Below are positions 9,181 through 18,531 of a stretch of DNA of 64,000 nucleotides, in pieces. How positions within the stretch are numbered: the first letter of the stretch is position 1; every line of letters begins with the position of its first letter. The position numbers and the translations under genes are program-made. The notes beneath the pieces are model-generated. The model worked only from the letters and a program-made list of their open reading frames with translations. It did no database searches and had not been told where the DNA came from. The stretch is taken from positions 237,894 through 301,893 of the forward strand of contig NZ_CAJYEB010000010.1 in the NCBI RefSeq assembly GCF_913773735.1. Direction: 5' to 3'. The stretch is from an uncultured Massilia sp. (GTDB lineage: Bacteria > Pseudomonadota > Gammaproteobacteria > Burkholderiales > Burkholderiaceae_D).

Positions 9181-10161
9181 TCATCGTTCGACCCTCGATC
9201 CAGCGGCAACACCGCCGGATGGCCATGCGGCCGCGTCGGCGTCGCCGCCGGCGGCCTGTTCCAGGAGCGCGGGAATTTCCTGCGGTAGTTCCCGCGCCAG
9301 ATAACCGAGTTTTCCAAAGCGTTGCGCCAGGCATTCGCCGGCGCGCGCATGCAGCGCCACGCCCCAGGCGGCGGCCTGGGGCAGCGTCGCGCCGCGCGCC
9401 GCCAGGCCCGCGATGATGCCGGCCAGCACGTCGCCCGAACCGGACGCGGCCAGGCCGATGTTGCCGCCCTCGTGCTGCCAGCGCTCGCCGCCCGGCGCGG
9501 CGATGATCGTGCGCGCGCCCTTGAGCGCCACCACCGCGTTCCAGCGCTCGGCCGCGTCCAGCGCATGGCGGTCGGGCGCGGCGCAGATGTCCTCCTTGGC
9601 GATGCCGGTCAGGTGCGCCATCTCGCCGGCGTGCGGCGTCAGCAGCACCGGCGTGGCGAAGCGGCACGGTGCCGCGCCGCCCGCCGGCGGATGCAGCAGG
9701 GCGCCCATGGCGTTGGCGTCGAGCAGCACCCGCGCGTCGCTGCCCGCCAGGCGCGCCAGCAGCGCGTGCACCAGGCGCGCCGTCGCGACCTCGTCCTGCA
9801 TGCCGGGCCCGGCGACGATGGCGTCGACCTTGTCGGCCAGCGGGTCGAGCGCGGCGACGGATTCCACCGTGAAGCCGCCGGCATCGGTTTCGAGCAGCCC
9901 CAGCACGCGCGACTCCGGCAGCGCCAGCGCGACCAGCTGCGCCACGCTGCGGCCGGTGGCGATGGTCAGCTTGCCGGCGCCCGCGCGCAGCGCCGCGGTA
10001 GCCGCCAGGATCACGGCGCCCGGCATCTCACGCGAGCCGCCCAGCACCAGCACGTGGCCGCGGGCTTCCTTGTCGCCGTCGTGCGACGGCATCGGCAGCG
10101 GCCAGCTGCGCAGCAGGCTGGCGTCGACGTCGCGCGGGCGGGCGTTGGTGGACAGCGTCAT
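9181..10161 (-). CDS. NAD(P)H-hydrate dehydratase (YjeF C-terminal / NnrD-like), no epimerase domain
   Basis: DGDKEARGHVLVLGGSREMPGA, AGPGM, LLDANA, LTPHAGEM, VALKGA and LAASGSGDVLAG motifs. Confidence 0.88.
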   Translation of the reverse strand: MTLSTNARPRDVDASLLRSWPLPMPSHDGDKEARGHVLVLGGSREMPGAVILAATAALRAGAGKLTIATGRSVAQLVALALPESRVLGLLETDAGGFTVESVAALDPLADKVDAIVAGPGMQDEVATARLVHALLARLAGSDARVLLDANAMGALLHPPAGGAAPCRFATPVLLTPHAGEMAHLTGIAKEDICAAPDRHALDAAERWNAVVALKGARTIIAAPGGERWQHEGGNIGLAASGSGDVLAGIIAGLAARGATLPQAAAWGVALHARAGECLAQRFGKLGYLARELPQEIPALLEQAAGGDADAAAWPSGGVAAGSRVER

Positions 10162-10172
10162 GGTGGGGAGCC

Positions 10173-10940
10173 TCAGGCCTTGGCGGCCGCGGGAATGTCC
10201 TTGCCGGAGGTGACCGGCGTGCCGGTGGCTTCGAGTGGCGCGACGAAATTGACCAGGCGCAGCGCGAGTTTGCCGCGCTTGCCCAGCGTGGGGTCGAAGG
10301 CGTAGGAGGTGACGGAGCAGTTCGGCACGTCGCCGGCGCGGTCGTGCGCCAGGATCGTCGCCTCGTCGAGCCGTTCGATCAGGTAGCGGAAGCAGTTGAC
10401 GATGACCTGGTGGCCGACGATCAGCACGCGCTCGCGCGGGTATTCGCGGGTGATGGTTTCCAGCACGCCGCGCAGTCGCAGGATGACGTCGCACCAGCTC
10501 TCGCCGCCGGGCGGGCGGAAGTAGAACTTGCCGACGTGGCGGCGCTGCTCGTACAGCTCGGGGTATTTCTGGGCGATGCCGTGCGTGGTGAGGCGGTCGA
10601 GGATGCCGAATTCCTTTTCGCGCAGGCGTTCGTCGGCATGCACCGCGAGCAGTTCGTCGCGGTCCAGCCGCTGCATCAGGATGTTGGCGGTCTCGGCGGC
10701 GCGCACATAGGGCGAGTGCAGCACCACGTTCGGCTGGCTGCCCGGGGGCAGGGCGGCGAACCAGTTGGCCAGCGCTTCCGACTGGCGCATGCCCAGCTCG
10801 GACAGCGGCACGTCCACGTCGCGCTCGGCGATGTCGATGTGCAGGCCGGCCGCGGCTTCGGCGGCGTCACGCGCGACGTTGCCCGCGCTCTGCCCGTGCC
10901 GCACCAACCATATTTCTTGTGGCCACTTTTGTTCCATCAC
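10173..10940 (-). CDS. Histidine phosphatase (phosphoglycerate mutase-like) family
   Basis: RHGQS, SPYVRA, RLREKEFG, GGESW and VGHQ motifs. Confidence 0.9.
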   Translation of the reverse strand: MMEQKWPQEIWLVRHGQSAGNVARDAAEAAAGLHIDIAERDVDVPLSELGMRQSEALANWFAALPPGSQPNVVLHSPYVRAAETANILMQRLDRDELLAVHADERLREKEFGILDRLTTHGIAQKYPELYEQRRHVGKFYFRPPGGESWCDVILRLRGVLETITREYPRERVLIVGHQVIVNCFRYLIERLDEATILAHDRAGDVPNCSVTSYAFDPTLGKRGKLALRLVNFVAPLEATGTPVTSGKDIPAAAKA

Positions 10941-11049
10941 CCGGTCGCATCCGATAACGATATGACATCATCATAGACGGATTCGGCGGGACGTCTGCGC
11001 ACGATTCCTTTGGAAAACGTGCGCAGGAAAAGACAGGAAAATCCGGTGC

Positions 11050-12450
11050 TTACGCGACCTGCTCGTCGCCGTCCAGGTTCAGGTCGGCGTTGCTGTTGAA
11101 TACCTGCATGTCGGTCTGGCCCAGCACGCGGCTGGTCAGCGTGCCCGCCGTGATCGAGCCGCTGACGTTCAGCGCCGTGCGGCCCATGTCGATCAGCGGT
11201 TCGATCGAGATCAGGAGGCCCGCCAGCGCCACCGGCAGGTTCATGGCCGACAGCACGATCAGCGCGGCGAAGGTGGCGCCGCCGCCCACGCCGGCCACGC
11301 CGACCGAGCCGATGGTGATCACGCCGACCAGGGTCAGCAGGAAGTGGCTGGTGAACGGGTCGATGCCGACGGTCGGCGCGATCATCACCGCCAGCATGGC
11401 CGGATAGATGCCGGCGCAGCCGTTCTGGCCGATCGTCGCGCCGAAGCTGGCCGCGAAGTTGGCGATGCCTTCCGGCGTGCCCAGGCGCGCGGTCTGGGTC
11501 TGCACGCTCATCGGGATCGAACCGGCCGAGGTGCGCGAGGTGAAGGCGAAGGCCAGCACCGGGAAGATCTTCTTGACGTAGCGCGCCGGGTTCAGGCCGA
11601 CCAGCACGATCAGGAGCAGGTGCACGCCGAACATCAGCACCAGCGCGCTGTACGAGGCCAGCACGAAGTCGATCAGCTTGAGGATGTCCTGCATGCTCGA
11701 GCGCGCCAGCACCTGGGTGATCAGGGCGAACACGCCGAACGGGGTCAGGCGCAGCACCAGCGTCACCATCCGCATCACGATCACGTGGGCCACGTGGACG
11801 AAGTGGCTGAACGATTCGAACACTTCCGGCTTCTTGCCGGCGATGCCGGTGGCCGAGACGCCGACGAAGATCGAGAACAGCACCACGGCGATCGTCGAGG
11901 TGTTGCGCGCGCCGGTCATGTCGAGGAAGGGGTTTTCCGGGATGAACGACAGGATCATCTTCGGCAGCGACAGGTCCTGCGTCGTCGCCAGCTTGCCTTC
12001 GAGGTAGGCGCCGCGCGCGAGCTCGGCCGCGCTCGACGTCAGGCCGACGGCGGACAGGCCGAACAGCTTGGCCATCAGGATGCCGATCGACGCCGCGACG
12101 GCGGTCGTGACCATCAGCGTGCCGATGGTCAGCACGCTGATCTTGCCGAGCGACGAAGCGTTGCGCAGCTTCAGGATGGCCTGGACGATCGACACCATGA
12201 TGAGCGGCATGATGATCATCTGCAGCAGCTTGACGTAGCCGCTGCCCACGATGTCGAGGTAGGCGTTGGTGTCCTTGATCACGGCCGCGCCGTTGCCGTA
12301 CGCCGCCTGGAACCCGGCGCCCAGCAGCACGCCCAGGCCGAGGGCGGAAAAGACGCGCTTGGTGAAGGACACGTGGCGCTGCTGCATGACATACAGCAGC
12401 GCGCACACCGCGGCGGCGATGGCCAGGTTCAGGATCAGTTGAAGGCTCAT
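11050..12450 (-). CDS. tcyP: L-cystine transporter (TcyP-like, dicarboxylate/amino acid:cation symporter)
   Basis: FAFTSRTSAGSIP, GATIGQNGCAGIYPAMLA and IEPLIDMGRTALNV motifs. Confidence 0.85.
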   Translation of the reverse strand: MSLQLILNLAIAAAVCALLYVMQQRHVSFTKRVFSALGLGVLLGAGFQAAYGNGAAVIKDTNAYLDIVGSGYVKLLQMIIMPLIMVSIVQAILKLRNASSLGKISVLTIGTLMVTTAVAASIGILMAKLFGLSAVGLTSSAAELARGAYLEGKLATTQDLSLPKMILSFIPENPFLDMTGARNTSTIAVVLFSIFVGVSATGIAGKKPEVFESFSHFVHVAHVIVMRMVTLVLRLTPFGVFALITQVLARSSMQDILKLIDFVLASYSALVLMFGVHLLLIVLVGLNPARYVKKIFPVLAFAFTSRTSAGSIPMSVQTQTARLGTPEGIANFAASFGATIGQNGCAGIYPAMLAVMIAPTVGIDPFTSHFLLTLVGVITIGSVGVAGVGGGATFAALIVLSAMNLPVALAGLLISIEPLIDMGRTALNVSGSITAGTLTSRVLGQTDMQVFNSNADLNLDGDEQVA

Positions 12451-12465
12451 GGTTTCCTTGGAAAA

Positions 12466-12535
12466 GAGGCTGTCGCAAAAGGCACATGGCGGCGTTGCGG
12501 CGCCGCGCCTCGCCCTGCACCGTTTGCGATCGCCC
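12466..12535. mobile_element. Candidate ~70-bp MITE-like element
   Basis: Left end GAGGCTGTCGCAAAA, imperfect inverted right end TTTGCGATCGCC. The first 25 nt match 44010-44034 at 24/25. Confidence 0.45.
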
Positions 12536-12744
12536 CGACAACGGGGTTCCGGACGCTTTTATATGCGCTTGGGAAATATAAGACTGGCATTTTATATCCA
12601 AATCCAGCACTTCTGCACGAAGGCCCCGGCGTTGCCGGGGGCCGTTCCGCACAACACCTTAATATGACAGAAATATTGTTCACAGGTATATTCTTGCTTG
12701 CAATATTTCACTGGCCATCTTGTTCGCTGATCCGGGAGATTCCG

Positions 12745-15700
12745 ATGCCTGTCGTGCTGCGCGCGCTGTTCCTGGTACTGCTGTGCTGCGGGGCGGCCCG
12801 CGCGCAGACGACGGTCGACTCGTTCACCCCGGACGGCGAAGTGCGCGAGGTGAGGCAGGCGGTCGCGCGCTTCTCGGCGCCGATGGTGGCGTTCGGCGAC
12901 TTGCGTGCCCCCGCGCCGTTCGCCGTCGACTGCCCGGTGGCGGGCAGCGGGCGCTGGATCGACGAGCGCAGCTGGAGCTACGACTTCGAGCGCGACCTGC
13001 CGGGCGCCGCCTCCTGCCGCTTCACGCTGGCGCCCGACGCGCGCGACCTGGCCGGCCGGCCGCTCGCGGGCCGGCGCGCGTTCGCCGTGCGCACCGGCGG
13101 CCCGGCCGTGCTGGAATCGCTGCCGGGCGAGGGCGCCGGCGGCATCGACGAGCAGCAGGTGTTCCTGCTGGCGCTGTCGGCCCCGGCCAGCGACGAGAGC
13201 ATCCTGGCGCACGCCTGGTGCCGCGCCGACGGCATCAACGAAAAGATCGGCGTGCGCGTCGTCACCGGCGACACGCGCCTGCAACTGCTGCTGCGCAACC
13301 GCTGGTTCGCCGGCCAGGCCGTCGATCCCGATCCCGATCACGAGCGCGGCGCGGACAAGGACCGGGCCTGGAACGCATCCGAGGCGCACGTGCGCGCCGC
13401 CGAGCGGGCCGGGCGGCTGCGCCGGCTGGTGGCGCTGCAGTGCAAGCGCACCCTGCCGGCGGCCACCGAGGTCGCGCTGGTCTGGGGCGCCGGCGTGGCC
13501 GCGCCGAACGGCGTGGCGACCAGCCAGGAACAGGCGCTCGGCTTCAAGACCCGCGCCGACTTCACGGCCCGCTTCAATTGCGAGCGCGTCAGCGCGCGCT
13601 CCCAGTGCATCCCGTTCCAGCCCATGCGCGTCGACTTCAGCGCGCCGGTCAAGGCCGCGGACGCGGCCCGGGTCTACCTGGAGGGGCCCGGCGGCAAGCG
13701 CTGGCCGGCGGCGCCCGGCCGCGACGGCCGCGACCGGCAGGACGGCCTGGTGGACAGCGTCAGCCTGCCGGGACCGTTCCCGGAACAGGCGCGCTTCACG
13801 TTGCACCTGCCGGCCGGGCTGCGCGACGATGCCGGCCGCGCGCTCGTCAACGCCGGCCGCTTCCCGCTGGCCGTGCGCACGGCCGAGCAGCCTCCCTTGA
13901 TCAAGTTCGCGGCGCCGTTCGGCATCGTCGAGGCCAGCGGCGAGCGCCTGCTGCCGGTCACCGTGCGCAACGTCGAGGCCAAGCTGGCCGTAGGGTTGGC
14001 CAATGAGCAACACGGTGGCGGCGCCACCTTGCGCCTGGGCGCGGCGCGCGCGGCCGACGTGCTGGCCTGGATGCGCAAGGTGGCCGGGCCGGGCGGCGGC
14101 TTGACCCCGGACCAGCCGTCCGGCAAGCAGCTGGAGACCTCGATCTTCGCCGGCGTCAAGGACAGCGCGCTACAGCGCTTCGACCTGCCCAGGCCGCGCG
14201 GGCGGCGCGCCTTCGAGGTGATCGGCATTCCGCTGCGCCAGCCGGGCTTCTATGCCGTCGAGCTGCGCAGCGCGCGCCTGGGCGCGGCCATCAATCCGAA
14301 GGGCCGCGTGGCCTATGTGCGCAGCGCCGCCCTGGTCACCAACATGACCGCCCACTTCAAGCACGGCGCGCAATCCTCGCTGGTGTGGGTGACCTCGCTC
14401 GACAAGGGCGCGCCGGTGGCCGGCGCGCGCGTCGACGTGCGCGACTGCGCCGCCCGGCTGCTGTGGAGCGGCACCAGCGACGCCGCGGGCGTGGCCCACA
14501 TCCGCAAGGCGCTGGCGCCGGCGCGCTGCAAGACCGGCAACAGCTACTTCATCGCCGCCAGCCGCGGCGACGACTTCACCTTCACGCTGTCGGACTGGCA
14601 GCAGGGCATCGAAGCCTGGCGCTTCCACCTGCCGACCGGCGCGCGCGACGAGGACAGCCGCCTGGTCGCCACCGTGTTCGACCGCACGCTGCTGCGCGCC
14701 GGCGAGACGGTGCACATGAAGCACTTCCTGCGCCGCCGCACCCAGGGCGGTTTCGCGCTGGTGCGCGCGAGCGAGCCCGCGCCGAAGTCGGTGCAGGACT
14801 GGCGCGCCCAGGAACTCGGCCCGGACAAGTCGGCGCTGCCGGCGCGCGGCTTCCTGGTCCACCAGGGCAGCGGCGAGAAGACCGAGTTCCCGATCGAATG
14901 GGACGCCAACGGCAGCGCCACCGGCGAATGGGCAATCCCGGCCGAGGCAAAACTGGGCGCCTACGACGTGCTGGTCGGCGGCCAGGTGGCCGGGCAGTTC
15001 CGCGTCGAGCAGTTCCGCGTGCCGACCATGAAGGCGGTGCTGGCCGGGCCGAAGCAGCCGGCGGTGGCCCCGGCGGCGGTGGCGCTGGACGCCCAGGTCA
15101 GCTACCTGGCCGGCGGGCCGGCCGGGCAGGCGCCCGTCAAGCTGCGCAGCGTGGTGCAGGACACCAGCGTGCAGTTCCCCGGCTACGAGGATTTCTCGCT
15201 GGGCAGCGGCGACGTGCGCGAGGGCGTGGTGCGCCGGGAAGAGAGCGGCGAGGAGATGGACGAGGAGGGCGGCGAGGAAGACGGCGCCGGCGGCCAGGAC
15301 GTGGCGCGCACGCAGTCGCTGCAGCTGGACCGCGCCGGCGGCGCGCGCATCGTGGTCGACGGCCTGGCGCCGGTCGAGCGGCCGAAGAGCCTGCTGGCCG
15401 AGCTGTCCTACCAGGACGCCAATGGCGAGACGCTGACCGCCTCCACGCGCGTGCCGCTGTGGCCGGCGCAGTACGTGCTGGGCATCAAGCCGGACGGCTG
15501 GCTGCTGCGGCGCGACGCCATGAAGTTCCAGGTGGTGGTGCTGGACGTGGGCGGCAAGCCGGTGGCGAACGTGCCGGTGGCGGTCGACTTCCTCAAGCGC
15601 CATACCTATTCGCACCGGCGCCGCATGGTGGGCGGCTTCTACGCCTACGAGAACAGCAGCGAGATCAAGCGCCTGGGCGAAGCCTGCGGCGGCGTCACCG

Positions 15701-18531
15701 ATGCGCGCGGCCTGCTGCTGTGCGAGGTGCGCGCGCCCGAGGACGGCGACCTGATCCTGCGCGCCCGCGCCGCCGACCCGCAGCGGCGCGCGGCCGCGGC
15801 CAACCGCGAGGTCTGGGTCGCGGGCGCGGACGAACAGTGGTTCGCCGGCGCCGACCACGACCGCATCGACCTGCTGCCCGAGCACAAGCGCTACGAGCCG
15901 GGCCAGCAGGCGCGCTTCCAGGTGCGCAGCCCGTTCCGGCGCGCGACCGTGCTGGTGACGGTGGAGCGCGAGGGCATCCTCGACACCTATGTGCGCCGGC
16001 TGTCCGGCACCGACCAGCAGATCGCGATCCCCGTCAAGGACAGCTACGCGCCGAACGTGTTCGTGTCGGCCCTGGTGGTGCGCGGGCGCGTGGCCGGCGT
16101 GCAGCCGACCGCGCTGGTCGACCTCGGCAAGCCGGCCTACAAGCTCGGCATCGCGCCGATCCGCGTCGGCTGGGGCGCGCACGAGCTGAAGGTCGAGGTG
16201 GCGGCCGACAAGCCGGCGTACAAGGTGCGCGAGCGCGCCCGGGTGACGGTGCGCGTGCGCGCGCCCGGCGGCGGGCGGCCGGCGGCGGGCACCGAGGTGG
16301 CGCTGGCCGCCGTCGACGCCGGCCTGCTGGAACTGATGCCCAACGAGAGCTGGAACCTGCTCGACACGATGATGCGCGAACGCAGCCTGCAGGTGGAGAC
16401 GGCGACGGCGCAGATGCAGGTGGTGGGCAAGCGCCACTACGGCCGCAAGGCCTTCCCGCACGGCGGCGGCGGCGGGCGCGCGGCGGGGCGCGAGCTGTTC
16501 GACACGCTGCTGCTGTGGAAGGGCAGGGTGGCGCTGGATGCGAACGGCGAGGCGCGGGTCGAGGTGCCGCTGAACGATGCGCTGACGTCGTTCCGCATCG
16601 TCGCCGTGGCCAGCGGCGGGGCCGGCCTGTTCGGCACCGGTGCCACCGAGATCCGCAGCACGCAGGACCTGATGCTGGTGTCCGGCCTGCCGCCGCTGGT
16701 GCGCGAAGGCGACCGCCTGCGCGCCGGCTTCACCGTGCGCAACGCGTCCGACCGGCCGCTGCAGGTGCGCCTGCAAGCCGGGATGGGCACGAGCGACGCC
16801 ACGCTGCGCGCGCTGGCGCCGCAGGACGTGTCCCTGGCCCCGGCCGAGGCGCGCGAGATCGGCTGGGACGTCCAGGTGCCGGCCGGCGCGGCGGCGCTAC
16901 GCTGGGACGTGCGCGCCGACGTCGACGGCGATGCCGCCGCGTCCGACCGCATCCGCTTGAACCAGCAGGTCGGCGCGGCCGTGCCGGTGCGCACGCTGCA
17001 GGCGACGCTGGTGCAGCTCGACGGCGCCACGGTGCTGCCGGTCGAGCGCCCCGCCGACGCGCTGCCGGGACGCGGCGGCGTGCGCACCACCCTGCAGGCG
17101 CGGCTGGGCGCGGACCTGCCCGGCGTGCGCGACTACATGGCGGCCTATCCCTATACCTGCTTCGAGCAGCGCACCTCGCGCGCGGTGGCGCTGGGCGACG
17201 GCGCCATGTGGGACACCGTCGCCGCCACGCTGCCGGCCCACCTGGACGGCGACGGCCTGGTCAAGTACTTCGCGCCGATGGACCAGGGCAGCGACGTGCT
17301 CACGGCCTACGTGCTGTCGCTGACCGCCGACGCCGGCTTCGCCATCCCCGACGACCTGAAGACGCGCATGCAGGCCGGCCTCGCGGCCTTCGTCGAGGGC
17401 CGCATCGTGCGCGGCAATGCGCGCGCCAGCGGCGAACTGGCGGTGCGCAAGCTGGCGGCGCTGGAAGCGCTGTCGCGCGCCGGCCTGGTGCGGCCCGGCA
17501 TGCTCGACACGCTGGCGGTGCAGCCGAACCTGTGGCCCACGTCGGCCTTGATCGACTGGTACCTCGTGCTGCGCCGCACGCCCGACCTGGCGCAGCGCGA
17601 CACCCACCTGGCGCAGGCGGCGCAGGTGCTGCGCGCGCGCCTGAACCTGCAGGGCACGACGCTCGGCTTTTCCACCGAGCGCGGCGACGCCTGGTGGTGG
17701 CTGATGACGTCCGGCGACACCAACGCCAACCGGCTGCTGCTGGCCGTGCTCGACGATCCGGCCTGGCGCCAGGACGCTGGCCGGCTGGCGCGCGGCGCGC
17801 TGGGCCGCCAGCGCCGCGGCCACTGGGACACGACCACCGCGAATGCCTGGGGCACGGTGGCGCTCAAGCGCTTTTCCGAGACCTTCGAGCGCGCGCCGGT
17901 GACGGGCGACACCAGCGTGGTGCTGGCCGGCGCCGCCGGCAAGCCGCTGGCCTGGACCGGCACGATCCCGGCCGACAAGCCGGCCGTCGTGCTGCAGGCT
18001 TGGCCGGAGGGGCGCGCCAGCCTGACGCTGCGCCAGCTCGGCGGCGGCAAGCCATGGGCGACGATCCAGAGCCTGGCGGCCGTGCCGCTGGCGGCGCCGC
18101 TGTCCTCGGGCTACCGCATCGTGCGCACCGTGACCCCGGTCGAGCGCAAGGACAAGGGAACATGGAGCCGCGGCGACGTCTACCGCGTGCGCCTGGACAT
18201 CGATGCCCAGGCCGACATGAGCTGGGTCGTGGTCGACGACCCGATCCCCGCCGGCGCCAGCGTGCTCGGCTCGGGCCTGGGCCGCGATTCGCAGATCGCC
18301 ACCGCGGGCGAGCGCCGCGGCGGGTGGGTGTGGCCGGCCTACGAGGAGCGCACGCACGCCGGTTTCCGTTCCTACTTCGAATGGGTGCCCAAGGGCCGCT
18401 TCAGCGTCGAGTACACGGTGCGCCTGAACAATGCCGGCGCCTTCTCGCTGCCACCGACGCGCGTGGAGGCCATGTACAGCCCCGAGATGTTCGGCGAGCT
18501 GCCGAACGCCGGCGTCGCGGTGCGCCAGTGA
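12745..18531 (+). CDS. Bacterial alpha-2-macroglobulin
   Basis: About 1928 aa with a signal peptide, MG domains (VFDRTLLRAGETV) and the thioester motif CFEQ at 17158-17169. Followed by pbpC. Confidence 0.93.
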   Translation: MPVVLRALFLVLLCCGAARAQTTVDSFTPDGEVREVRQAVARFSAPMVAFGDLRAPAPFAVDCPVAGSGRWIDERSWSYDFERDLPGAASCRFTLAPDARDLAGRPLAGRRAFAVRTGGPAVLESLPGEGAGGIDEQQVFLLALSAPASDESILAHAWCRADGINEKIGVRVVTGDTRLQLLLRNRWFAGQAVDPDPDHERGADKDRAWNASEAHVRAAERAGRLRRLVALQCKRTLPAATEVALVWGAGVAAPNGVATSQEQALGFKTRADFTARFNCERVSARSQCIPFQPMRVDFSAPVKAADAARVYLEGPGGKRWPAAPGRDGRDRQDGLVDSVSLPGPFPEQARFTLHLPAGLRDDAGRALVNAGRFPLAVRTAEQPPLIKFAAPFGIVEASGERLLPVTVRNVEAKLAVGLANEQHGGGATLRLGAARAADVLAWMRKVAGPGGGLTPDQPSGKQLETSIFAGVKDSALQRFDLPRPRGRRAFEVIGIPLRQPGFYAVELRSARLGAAINPKGRVAYVRSAALVTNMTAHFKHGAQSSLVWVTSLDKGAPVAGARVDVRDCAARLLWSGTSDAAGVAHIRKALAPARCKTGNSYFIAASRGDDFTFTLSDWQQGIEAWRFHLPTGARDEDSRLVATVFDRTLLRAGETVHMKHFLRRRTQGGFALVRASEPAPKSVQDWRAQELGPDKSALPARGFLVHQGSGEKTEFPIEWDANGSATGEWAIPAEAKLGAYDVLVGGQVAGQFRVEQFRVPTMKAVLAGPKQPAVAPAAVALDAQVSYLAGGPAGQAPVKLRSVVQDTSVQFPGYEDFSLGSGDVREGVVRREESGEEMDEEGGEEDGAGGQDVARTQSLQLDRAGGARIVVDGLAPVERPKSLLAELSYQDANGETLTASTRVPLWPAQYVLGIKPDGWLLRRDAMKFQVVVLDVGGKPVANVPVAVDFLKRHTYSHRRRMVGGFYAYENSSEIKRLGEACGGVTDARGLLLCEVRAPEDGDLILRARAADPQRRAAAANREVWVAGADEQWFAGADHDRIDLLPEHKRYEPGQQARFQVRSPFRRATVLVTVEREGILDTYVRRLSGTDQQIAIPVKDSYAPNVFVSALVVRGRVAGVQPTALVDLGKPAYKLGIAPIRVGWGAHELKVEVAADKPAYKVRERARVTVRVRAPGGGRPAAGTEVALAAVDAGLLELMPNESWNLLDTMMRERSLQVETATAQMQVVGKRHYGRKAFPHGGGGGRAAGRELFDTLLLWKGRVALDANGEARVEVPLNDALTSFRIVAVASGGAGLFGTGATEIRSTQDLMLVSGLPPLVREGDRLRAGFTVRNASDRPLQVRLQAGMGTSDATLRALAPQDVSLAPAEAREIGWDVQVPAGAAALRWDVRADVDGDAAASDRIRLNQQVGAAVPVRTLQATLVQLDGATVLPVERPADALPGRGGVRTTLQARLGADLPGVRDYMAAYPYTCFEQRTSRAVALGDGAMWDTVAATLPAHLDGDGLVKYFAPMDQGSDVLTAYVLSLTADAGFAIPDDLKTRMQAGLAAFVEGRIVRGNARASGELAVRKLAALEALSRAGLVRPGMLDTLAVQPNLWPTSALIDWYLVLRRTPDLAQRDTHLAQAAQVLRARLNLQGTTLGFSTERGDAWWWLMTSGDTNANRLLLAVLDDPAWRQDAGRLARGALGRQRRGHWDTTTANAWGTVALKRFSETFERAPVTGDTSVVLAGAAGKPLAWTGTIPADKPAVVLQAWPEGRASLTLRQLGGGKPWATIQSLAAVPLAAPLSSGYRIVRTVTPVERKDKGTWSRGDVYRVRLDIDAQADMSWVVVDDPIPAGASVLGSGLGRDSQIATAGERRGGWVWPAYEERTHAGFRSYFEWVPKGRFSVEYTVRLNNAGAFSLPPTRVEAMYSPEMFGELPNAGVAVRQ

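Noticed and set aside
11344-12744. Apparent 467-aa N-terminal extension of alpha-2-macroglobulin
   Set aside because: It is antisense to tcyP. The real start with a signal peptide is ATG 12745.
14385-18527. Apparent 1381-aa extension of PbpC
   Set aside because: It is an off-frame overlap with the A2M gene. PbpC starts at GTG 18528.
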